Virus record (IMG/VR): IMGVR_UViG_3300017766_001146
Coordinates: 1-25,247 of that record
Origin: a virus
Taxonomy: Duplodnaviria; Caudoviricetes
Length of the DNA stretch: 25,247 nt
Direction: 5' to 3' (one strand)
A program made the position numbers and the translations under genes. Below, one piece after another: positions 18,074 to 25,247 of the stretch (positions are counted from its first letter, which is position 1; the number at the start of each line of letters is the position of its first letter). The notes under the pieces were generated by a model, which was given only the letters and a program-made list of their open reading frames with translations, was not told the origin of the DNA and did no database searches.

Positions 18074-18556
18074 ATGCTTAAAATATTTCAAACAAGTCCA
18101 TACGCAATATTTCCAAAATTCAGTACACAGCAATCGGCCTGTTTTGACATTTCTGCTTGTCTAAAAGGAAATTCAATTCAAATCTTTGGTAAGGAAAGTG
18201 TTCGTTGGTCTAATGAAGAAATCTATCTTTATACTGGAGATAGAGTAGCCGTTCCTACAGGACTCATCCTAGATATTCCTGAAGGTTATTCCGTTCGACT
18301 TCATCCCCGTTCTGGTTTGGCACTTAAGAACGGAATCACTATGGCAAACTGTGAAGGAATCATCGACTCGGATTATGTCGATGAACTCAAGGTGATCATA
18401 GTGAACAACGGCGGAGAACCATTTGTGATAAAGCACGGTGATCGTATTTGTCAAGGAGAACTCGTTAAAACACTTGACTATACGCTAGAACAGTGCTATA
18501 CTAAACCAGTTCAGAAAACTGATCGTAATGGTGGATTTGGTTCCACAGGAGTGTGA
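18074..18556 (+). CDS. dut: Trimeric dUTPase
   Basis: Motifs SACFDI, VPTGL, PRSGLALK, GIIDSDY, GDRICQ and RNGGFGSTG. Confidence 0.96.
   Translation: MLKIFQTSPYAIFPKFSTQQSACFDISACLKGNSIQIFGKESVRWSNEEIYLYTGDRVAVPTGLILDIPEGYSVRLHPRSGLALKNGITMANCEGIIDSDYVDELKVIIVNNGGEPFVIKHGDRICQGELVKTLDYTLEQCYTKPVQKTDRNGGFGSTGV
18474..18502 (+). promoter_or_regulatory. Near-consensus sigma70 promoter with extended -10, inside the 3' end of dut
   Basis: TTGACT (18474-18479), 17 nt spacer containing TG at 18494-18495, then TATACT (18497-18502), about 55 nt upstream of the ATG at 18558. Confidence 0.65.
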
Positions 18557-18557
18557 T

Positions 18558-18977
18558 ATGACTCGTGACGAATTGCTTGATCATCATATGAAACTCTGTG
18601 CCGAAGCAAGAGAACTGATGAAAGCAAAAAACAAGGATTATGCAGGGAACGAAGGAATCGAACCTTTTGCCAACTTTACCCGTGTCGAAAGCATGGGGAT
18701 CTGCAAGACGGAACAGGGATTTATGGTCCGGCTAACAGATAAAATGAGTCGTTTGAGTTCTTTCATTCGTGCCGGCAAGATGCATGTGGCCGATGAATCT
18801 TTTAAGGATACTTGCATTGATGTCATTAACTATATGGTACTTTTGTCTGCTTATATTGCGGACAAAGATGCTGAAAAGAAACAACAGGATACAAAAGAGC
18901 CAACAATTTATATTGAGCCGCGATTACTAAAAGAGTCGCCTTATTCAAACAACGGTTGCTGCAAAAACACAAAATGA
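18558..18977 (+). CDS. DUF1599 / nucleotide-modification-associated domain 1 (Nmad1)-like all-alpha protein
   Basis: KNKDYAG...PFANF...RLTDKMSRL......V.DESFKDT.IDVINY.VLL. ATG at 18558 after AGGAG. Confidence 0.7.
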   Translation: MTRDELLDHHMKLCAEARELMKAKNKDYAGNEGIEPFANFTRVESMGICKTEQGFMVRLTDKMSRLSSFIRAGKMHVADESFKDTCIDVINYMVLLSAYIADKDAEKKQQDTKEPTIYIEPRLLKESPYSNNGCCKNTK

Positions 18978-21565
18978 TATTCTACACTCACGCCTTTGTG
19001 CGCGGAGAAAAGATCCTTTGTCGTGGATACAAGTCCAACAATGGATCTTTTGTTCGTTCAACCATCGTAGAAAACTACAATCCATATCTCTACTGGCCTT
19101 CGGATAAGAAGACCAACTGGAAGACCTTGGAAGGTAAGTATGTTGATCGTATTGACTTTGGTTCAATACGAGAATGCCGTGAGTTCGTAAAGCAATATGA
19201 GGATGTGAATGGAGTAGAGATCTATGGAAACACAGATTTCACTTACACTTTCATTCACGATCAGTTTCCTGGCGAAATACAATACAACCCTTCTGCTCTC
19301 AAGGTGTGTTACTTAGACATCGAAGTGGAGTGTGAGGATGGTTTTCCTACGATTGAGAAGTGCGATCAGCGAGTGAATGTCATCACGATGCGTTTCGTGC
19401 AGGGAGACAGGGAGAAGACATACACTCTGTGTCTTGGTAATGCCAAGAAGATGACTGAAGATCACACCGTTATTGACTACGAAGAGGAAGATGAACTTCT
19501 TCAGGCATTTGTTGCTCTGTGGCGTAACGAAGATTGTGATATTGTCACAGGTTGGAACATTCAGTTCTACGACATTCCATATCTTCTTGCCAGAATAGAG
19601 AAGGTGCTAGGTGAAGGTGAGTCGAAGAAACTTTCTCCTTGGGAAACACTCAAGACTCGCATAGTTACGGCGATGCAGAAGGAGCATACGGTATATGACA
19701 TCGTTGGTATTGCCACGATGGATTACTTCGATCTATATCGTAAGTTCACATTTGTGACGCGAGAGTCCTACAAGTTAGATCATATCGCATCTGTGGAACT
19801 TGGAGAGAACAAGATCTCGTATGACGACTATTCCAACATTCAGGAGTTCTACAAGAAGGACTTTGCCAAGTTCGTAGAGTACAACTATATTGATGTCGAA
19901 CTCGTCGTGAAGTTGGAGAAGAAACTTCGGTTGTTGGAACTGGGTATTGCTCTCGCATACAATGCCAAGGTAAACTTCAACGATGTGTTCTCTCAGGTTC
20001 GCACTTGGGATGCCATCATCTATCACTATCTTTCTGATCGCAACATCGTCATTCCTCAGAAGAATGCCGAGGAAAAGGAAGAGCAGTTTGCTGGTGGTTA
20101 TGTAAAGGATCCACAGACAGGAATGCACAAATGGATTGTGTCATTCGACTTGGATTCTCTGTATCCGCACCTCATAATGCAGTACAACATCTCTCCCGAA
20201 ACAAAGCACAAGAATCCTGCTTATAGTCGCGGAAGCGTATCTCCTGACTCCATACTTCGTATGGTGAATGGTGAAAGCACAAAGACATTCGTAGATCCTC
20301 ACGACTATCTCTCTACTGCTAAGACGGATGATCTTTCCATCGCAGCGAACGGTGTTGCTTTTCGCAAAGACAAGAAGGGGTTTCTTGCTTCTCTGATGGA
20401 GAGTATGTACGAAGAGCGCAAGCACTATAAGAAACTAATGTTGGAATGCAAGAGAACTCTGAAGGAAAAGAAAGATGCTCTTACAAAGCAAGAAGTCGAG
20501 CAACTGAACAACGATATTTCCAAGTATCATAACTTTCAGTTGGTTCGTAAGATTCAACTCAACTCTGCTTTCGGTGCTGTAGGAAATCAATATTTCAGAT
20601 ATTATGACCTTGATCTTGCAGAAGCAATCACTATCTCTGGTCAGTTGTCTATTCGTTGGATCGAGAAGCATCTGAATGATTTTCTCAACAAGACTTGTCA
20701 AACAACAGATCAAGACTATATTATTGCCAGCGATACAGATTCTGTTTACATCTGTCTTGACAAGTTGGTAGACAAGATTTATCCTGCTGGTGTTCAGTCA
20801 CAGGAATATCAGAAAGTCGTAAAGTTCTTGGACAAGGCTTGTAAGTCTTCTCTTACTCCGTTCATTCAGAAGAAGTATGAAGAACTTGCGGTGATGATGA
20901 ACGCTTATCAGCAGAAGATGAATATGAAGCGAGAGTCTATTTCCAACAAAGGAATATGGACTGCCAAGAAGCGATATATGCTTAATGTGTTCATGGGCGA
21001 AGACGATGTTCTTCTTGATAAGCCAGAACTTAAGATCATGGGTATTGAAACGACGAGATCATCTACTCCGCAAATAGTGAGAGATGGACTTAAGAAAGCA
21101 ATCGACATTCTTATGAATGCCGATGAGGATAATCTTATTTCTTTCGTGGAAAAGTTCCGTGATGAGTTCAATAAATTGCCAGCAGAGAAGATTGCATTTC
21201 CTCGTAGTTGCAGGGGAATGTTGGAATATGCCGATCCAAATACAATCTATCGCAAGTCTACACCTATCCATGTCAAGGGTTCTCTTCTGTACAATCATGC
21301 CATAAAGCAGAAGAAGTTGCAGAAGAAATATCCTGTCATTAAGGATGGAGAGAAGATCAAGTTTGTGTATCTTAAAGTCCCGAATACCATTGGTGACAGA
21401 GTTGTTTCTTTTCTAGGAAGCATCCCAAAGGAACTTGATCTTGAGCGTTTTATCGACTATAATATGCAGTTCGAGAAGAGTTTTCTCGAACCTCTGACCA
21501 CTATCACAAATGTAATTGGTTGGAATCACGAGAAATCTAACACACTGGAGTCTCTCTTTGGATAA
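18974..21565 (+). CDS. gp43: Family B DNA polymerase (gp43)
   Basis: ExoI LDIEVE, ExoII GWNIQFYDIPY, ExoIII YNYIDV. Motif A SFDLDSLYPH, motif B KIQLNSAFG, motif C SDTDS, KKRY. C-terminal clamp-binding TLESLFG. ATG at 18974 overlaps the upstream TGA. Confidence 0.98.
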   Translation: MIFYTHAFVRGEKILCRGYKSNNGSFVRSTIVENYNPYLYWPSDKKTNWKTLEGKYVDRIDFGSIRECREFVKQYEDVNGVEIYGNTDFTYTFIHDQFPGEIQYNPSALKVCYLDIEVECEDGFPTIEKCDQRVNVITMRFVQGDREKTYTLCLGNAKKMTEDHTVIDYEEEDELLQAFVALWRNEDCDIVTGWNIQFYDIPYLLARIEKVLGEGESKKLSPWETLKTRIVTAMQKEHTVYDIVGIATMDYFDLYRKFTFVTRESYKLDHIASVELGENKISYDDYSNIQEFYKKDFAKFVEYNYIDVELVVKLEKKLRLLELGIALAYNAKVNFNDVFSQVRTWDAIIYHYLSDRNIVIPQKNAEEKEEQFAGGYVKDPQTGMHKWIVSFDLDSLYPHLIMQYNISPETKHKNPAYSRGSVSPDSILRMVNGESTKTFVDPHDYLSTAKTDDLSIAANGVAFRKDKKGFLASLMESMYEERKHYKKLMLECKRTLKEKKDALTKQEVEQLNNDISKYHNFQLVRKIQLNSAFGAVGNQYFRYYDLDLAEAITISGQLSIRWIEKHLNDFLNKTCQTTDQDYIIASDTDSVYICLDKLVDKIYPAGVQSQEYQKVVKFLDKACKSSLTPFIQKKYEELAVMMNAYQQKMNMKRESISNKGIWTAKKRYMLNVFMGEDDVLLDKPELKIMGIETTRSSTPQIVRDGLKKAIDILMNADEDNLISFVEKFRDEFNKLPAEKIAFPRSCRGMLEYADPNTIYRKSTPIHVKGSLLYNHAIKQKKLQKKYPVIKDGEKIKFVYLKVPNTIGDRVVSFLGSIPKELDLERFIDYNMQFEKSFLEPLTTITNVIGWNHEKSNTLESLFG

Positions 21566-21758
21566 ATTAAAATATGAACATTACGCTATTATTCTCGGTG
21601 TTCTTGAGAGAAAGCAAACAGAACTCCTGTCTACTATAAAAGAAATCAATAAGAGAAAAGATGTAAATATCGACACATATGAAAATTATGTTGTTGAAGC
21701 GAATTCTATAAAAGAAGTTATAGAAGCGGTCAAAAACAATATGAAAGGATCGAAGTGA
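21558..21758 (+). CDS. Small helical hypothetical protein (~66 aa)
   Basis: TTG at 21558 after GGAG, overlapping the gp43 end; GTGA overlap with uvsX. Confidence 0.5.
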   Translation: MDKLKYEHYAIILGVLERKQTELLSTIKEINKRKDVNIDTYENYVVEANSIKEVIEAVKNNMKGSK

Positions 21759-22813
21759 TGGGCATTTTAGACAAACTTAAGAAAAATTCTACAATCAAGG
21801 ACTCGGAAGTACTGTCCTCTTCCAAGTTTTTCACCAAGAAGGATATGATTCAAACCACAGTTCCTGTGATTAATGTCGCACTGTCTGGTCGTTTGGATGG
21901 TGGGTTTGTTCCTGGCATCACCATGTGGGCCGGCCCTAGCAAGCACTTTAAGACTGCATTTTCTTTGTTGATGGCTAAGTCTTACCTTGACAAGTACAAG
22001 GATGCTGCTATGCTATTCTATGATTCGGAGTTCGGTACTCCGCAAGGTTATTTCGAAACATTCGGTATTGATATGGATAGAGTTCTTCATACGCCAATCA
22101 AGGATGTGGAAGAACTTAAGTTCGACATCATGCAGCAACTACAGAGTCTTGATCGCGGAGAAAGACTCATCATCGTGATCGACTCCATCGGTAATCTGGC
22201 TTCCAAGAAGGAAGTCGAAGATGCTTTGGAGGGCAAGTCTGTTGCCGATATGTCGCGTGCCAAGCAGATCAAGTCTCTATTTCGTATGATTACACCACAT
22301 CTTACCCTCAAGGATATTCCTATGGTAGTGGTCAATCATACCTACAAGGAGATTGGAATGTATCCGAAGGATATCGTTGGTGGTGGTACTGGATCGTACT
22401 ATTCTGCCGATACTATCTTCATTCTTGGTCGCCAGCAGGAGAAGGACGGAACCGAACTTACTGGTTACAACTTTATTATCAATGTTGAGAAGTCTCGTTA
22501 TGTTAAAGAAAAGTCTAAGATTCCTATCAGCGTTTCCTTCGAGGGAGGTATTAGTCGTTGGAGTGGTCTTCTTGATATTGCTCTTGAGTCTGGTCATGTC
22601 GTGAAGCCATCGAATGGATGGTATGCACGAAAAGGTGAAGAAAAGAAGTACCGAGAGAAGGAAACAGACACCAAGGAATTCTGGTTGCCAATTTTGACTG
22701 ATCCATCTTTCTCACAATTTGTTCGTGAGAAGTATTCAATTACAAACAGTAATATTATCGTCTCCGATGAGGAGTTCACTAAACAGTTGGAAAATTTGAC
22801 AGATGAGGAATAA
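21755..22813 (+). CDS. uvsX: RecA-like recombinase UvsX
   Basis: NVALSG...GG, Walker A GPSKHFKT, FYDSEFG, IDSIGNLASKKE, ADMSRAK, VNHTY, GGGTG..YSAD. Confidence 0.97.
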   Translation: MMGILDKLKKNSTIKDSEVLSSSKFFTKKDMIQTTVPVINVALSGRLDGGFVPGITMWAGPSKHFKTAFSLLMAKSYLDKYKDAAMLFYDSEFGTPQGYFETFGIDMDRVLHTPIKDVEELKFDIMQQLQSLDRGERLIIVIDSIGNLASKKEVEDALEGKSVADMSRAKQIKSLFRMITPHLTLKDIPMVVVNHTYKEIGMYPKDIVGGGTGSYYSADTIFILGRQQEKDGTELTGYNFIINVEKSRYVKEKSKIPISVSFEGGISRWSGLLDIALESGHVVKPSNGWYARKGEEKKYREKETDTKEFWLPILTDPSFSQFVREKYSITNSNIIVSDEEFTKQLENLTDEE

Positions 22814-24216
22814 TGAGTACAAATATTCAGAAGGTAATCCTTCAGAACCTCATATACAACGAAGGGTATTCTCGCCGCGTATTGCCATTCGTTAAGGAAG
22901 ATTATTTCGCGGAAAACAGTGAAAGAAAAGTTTTTAGGAAGATTTATGACTTCATCAATAACTATAACAGATTGCCTAACAAGGACGCACTGGTTATCTC
23001 CTTGCAGAATGATAAGGACCTTACCCAGACGGACTACGAGAAGGCGTCTACCTTGGTACAAGATCTCTCGGAAACAACCGAAGACGAAGACTGGCTCGTG
23101 GATGAAACTGAAAAGTTCTGTAAAGACCGCGCTCTTTACAATGCTATTTTGGAATCCATTCAGATCATCGAAGGTAAGTCGAAGACCCGTACTCCTACCG
23201 CTCTCCCGTCCATTCTATCTGAAGCACTATCCGTATCCTTTGACACGAACATCGGACACGATTTCATCAAGGACGCGGAGAAGCGGTACGACTTCTACCA
23301 CAAAGTCGAACAGAAAATTCCGTTTGACATCGAATTTTTTAACTCAATTACGAACGGTGGAGTACCACAAAAGACACTTAATGTAGTGATTGCTGGTACT
23401 GGTGTAGGTAAGTCGCTTTTCCTATGTCATCATGCTGCAAATTGTCTTGTTCAGAACAAGAATGTTCTGTACATCACTTGTGAAATGTCGGAAGAGCGTA
23501 TTGCCGAGCGTATTGATGCCAACATTATGGACATCACTCTTGATGATATGAAGCAACTTACCAAACCAATGTACGGTAAGAAGATCTACAACGCAACCAA
23601 GGGTATTACTGGTAAGTTGATTATCAAGGAATACCCAACGGCAACCGCCCATGTAAATCACTTCCGACATCTGCTTGACGAGTTGCTTCTCAAGAAGAAG
23701 TTCACACCTGACATTATCTTCATCGACTATTTGAATATCTGTTCTTCTGCCAGAGTAAAGGCATCTGCAACGATGAGTTCTTATAGCGTAGTGAAAGCGA
23801 TTGCAGAAGAACTTCGTGGTCTTGCCATCGAACGAAATGTGCCCGTGTTCACAGCAACGCAGGTGAATCGTTCAGGACACAACAATACCGATATTGGTCT
23901 TGAGAACACATCCGAATCGTTCGGACTTCCTGCCACTGCCGATTTGATGTTTGCACTGATCGGTACAGAGGAACTGGATCAGAAGAATCAGATTATGGTT
24001 AAGCAACTGAAGAACCGATACAATGAACTGACAAAGAACAGAAAGTTTGTAGTTGGTATTAACAGAGCGAAGATGAAACTGTATAATGTAGATCCTTCCG
24101 AACAGGATGATTTGATTGGTACTGGTGAAGAGGACGATGTAGGATCTTCTGGCCACGGTGAAAAAATTATTGCAAAATTCAAGAAGAAAGGTAATGTAAA
24201 TGACTGGAATATTTAA
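22813..24216 (+). CDS. gp41: Replicative DnaB-like helicase (gp41)
   Basis: Walker A AGTGVGKS, EMSEERIAERID, IKEYPT, IDYLNI, AEELRGLA, ATQVNR, SESFGLPATAD, KQLKNRY. Confidence 0.97.
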   Translation: MSTNIQKVILQNLIYNEGYSRRVLPFVKEDYFAENSERKVFRKIYDFINNYNRLPNKDALVISLQNDKDLTQTDYEKASTLVQDLSETTEDEDWLVDETEKFCKDRALYNAILESIQIIEGKSKTRTPTALPSILSEALSVSFDTNIGHDFIKDAEKRYDFYHKVEQKIPFDIEFFNSITNGGVPQKTLNVVIAGTGVGKSLFLCHHAANCLVQNKNVLYITCEMSEERIAERIDANIMDITLDDMKQLTKPMYGKKIYNATKGITGKLIIKEYPTATAHVNHFRHLLDELLLKKKFTPDIIFIDYLNICSSARVKASATMSSYSVVKAIAEELRGLAIERNVPVFTATQVNRSGHNNTDIGLENTSESFGLPATADLMFALIGTEELDQKNQIMVKQLKNRYNELTKNRKFVVGINRAKMKLYNVDPSEQDDLIGTGEEDDVGSSGHGEKIIAKFKKKGNVNDWNI

Positions 24217-24232
24217 TGGAGAATACAAGCAA

Positions 24233-24382
24233 ATGCAGTGGATCAAGGACACAGACACTCGTAGTTTTGAGGAAAGAATGGCTTGTTTGCCTTTTGTGAG
24301 AGACGAAGATCTTCCAGAGTGGCAAGAATGGGCAAACCGAGCATTCCCCGAAGCACACCGATATGTCAATAATCACCGATAA
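24233..24382 (+). CDS. Small hypothetical protein (start uncertain: 24200 or 24233)
   Basis: Fills the gp41-gp61 gap; GGAG upstream of the ATG at 24233. Confidence 0.4.
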   Translation: MQWIKDTDTRSFEERMACLPFVRDEDLPEWQEWANRAFPEAHRYVNNHR

Positions 24383-25247
24383 GAAATATCTCAGCATGGT
24401 TTCTTCTTCCCTCGACAAGTTCGCTTGGAAGAAGGATAATCTTGCAAACTGTCGTTGTCCTATCTGTGGGGATTCACAGAAGAACAAGAACAGAGCAAGA
24501 GGATATTTCTATCAGAAAGGAAACAATCTCTTCTATCGCTGCCACAATTGTGGTATAAGTACAACGCTGTATAAATTTCTTGAGGAAGTTTCTCCTGCAC
24601 TGTGCAGAGAATATGCCTTGGAACGATGGAAGGGTGGAGAGAATGGACATTCAAATTATACAAAGCCTGAATTCAAATTTGAGCAACCTTCATTTGATGG
24701 AAAGAGAATTGATCTACCTTCGGTGGTGGAACTGTCCGATGACCACGAATGCAAAGAGTATGTGGTTTCAAGAAAGATTCCGATGGATTTTCACTCGGAT
24801 CTTTTCTATGCCGAGAACTTTGCTGAGTTTGTTCACAGGTACATTCCAGACAAGCAAGTTGGTCAAGAACCAAGATTGATCATTCCTCTTCGTGATGCTG
24901 ACAAGAAACTCATAGGATTTCAGGGTAGAGCAATCTATCCTAGCGAGGTAAAATACATCACGATAAAGTTTGATGAGAATCAGCAATATCTTTCCTATGG
25001 AATGGATCGCGTAGATCTAAACTCTACGGTTTATGTGACGGAAGGACCTATTGATTCTATGTTCCTACCTAATGCTGTTGCCATCTTGGGTATGAATCAC
25101 GAACTAGATCCTTCAGTCAAGAATCCAGTGTTTGTTCTGGACAATGAACCAAGAAACAGAGAAGTGATAAAGCAATATGACAAGTTGATAAAGAATGATT
25201 ATAGAGTGTGTATCTGGCCTGACAACATAACACAGAAGGATGTAAAC
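24363..25247 (+). CDS. gp61: DNA primase (gp61), 3'-partial; absent from the ORF track
   Basis: My translation from the ATG at 24363: MSIITDKKYL...NCRCPICGDSQKNKNRARGYFY...YRCHNCG (zinc finger)...GFQGRAI...YVTEGPIDSMFLPNAVA (TOPRIM)...LDNEPRN...WPD...KDVN. Open to the window end. Confidence 0.95.
   Translation, partial: MSIITDKKYLSMVSSSLDKFAWKKDNLANCRCPICGDSQKNKNRARGYFYQKGNNLFYRCHNCGISTTLYKFLEEVSPALCREYALERWKGGENGHSNYTKPEFKFEQPSFDGKRIDLPSVVELSDDHECKEYVVSRKIPMDFHSDLFYAENFAEFVHRYIPDKQVGQEPRLIIPLRDADKKLIGFQGRAIYPSEVKYITIKFDENQQYLSYGMDRVDLNSTVYVTEGPIDSMFLPNAVAILGMNHELDPSVKNPVFVLDNEPRNREVIKQYDKLIKNDYRVCIWPDNITQKDVN

Noticed and set aside
18974-24216. Intein, intron or split in gp43, uvsX or gp41
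   Set aside because: Lengths (about 863, 352 and 467 aa) are normal, the motifs are contiguous, and there are no intein or homing-endonuclease signatures.
259-24879. Alternative-frame + strand ORFs (259-492, 17658-17885, 21117-21305, 21987-22178, 22353-22604, 22919-23386, 24580-24879)
   Set aside because: Each is fully nested in a recognised gene, with no motif or convincing RBS. 24580-24879 lies within the primase.
574-24986. Numerous minus-strand ORFs in the track (e.g. 820-1404, 5814-6311, 9691-10305, 22594-23061, 23872-24369)
   Set aside because: All are antisense shadows of well-supported + strand genes. Their V/P/L-rich composition mirrors the T/G-rich fibre codons, and they show no recognisable motifs.
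1-25247. Stop-codon reassignment (alternative genetic code)
   Set aside because: Core genes are full length under the standard code and coding density is high. Genes end in TAA or TGA, and no in-frame stops interrupt conserved proteins.

Overview
This is a 25.2 kb piece of a large T4-like (Tevenvirinae-related, probably uncultured or environmental) dsDNA phage genome. It is densely coding and all real genes are on the + strand. The left block holds a partial conserved ORF, RNase H (rnh), three hypothetical ORFs, sliding clamp gp45, clamp loaders gp44/gp62 and regA. The middle (~5.2-17.4 kb) is an AT-rich island of virion or tail-fibre-like genes behind a T4-type late promoter (TATAAATA), followed by a small SAM methyltransferase and dUTPase. 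The right block holds a DUF1599/Nmad1-like protein, family B DNA polymerase gp43, UvsX, helicase gp41 and a partial primase gp61 that is missing from the ORF track. The most striking pattern is in the island. Five consecutive proteins end in the same 6-residue C-terminal motif (hydrophobic-D-x-G/N-x-Y/F-stop), and the four proteins starting with a basic 'KR(G/S)' N-terminal segment each sit directly downstream of one of them. This suggests a modular head-to-tail fibre assembly, which is inference and untested. Near-consensus sigma70 promoters are embedded in the genes just upstream of gp45 and of the Nmad1-gp43 block. No tRNA, rRNA, CRISPR array, reverse transcriptase, intron or intein was recognised. 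Family assignments come from motif recognition only; no database searches were run.
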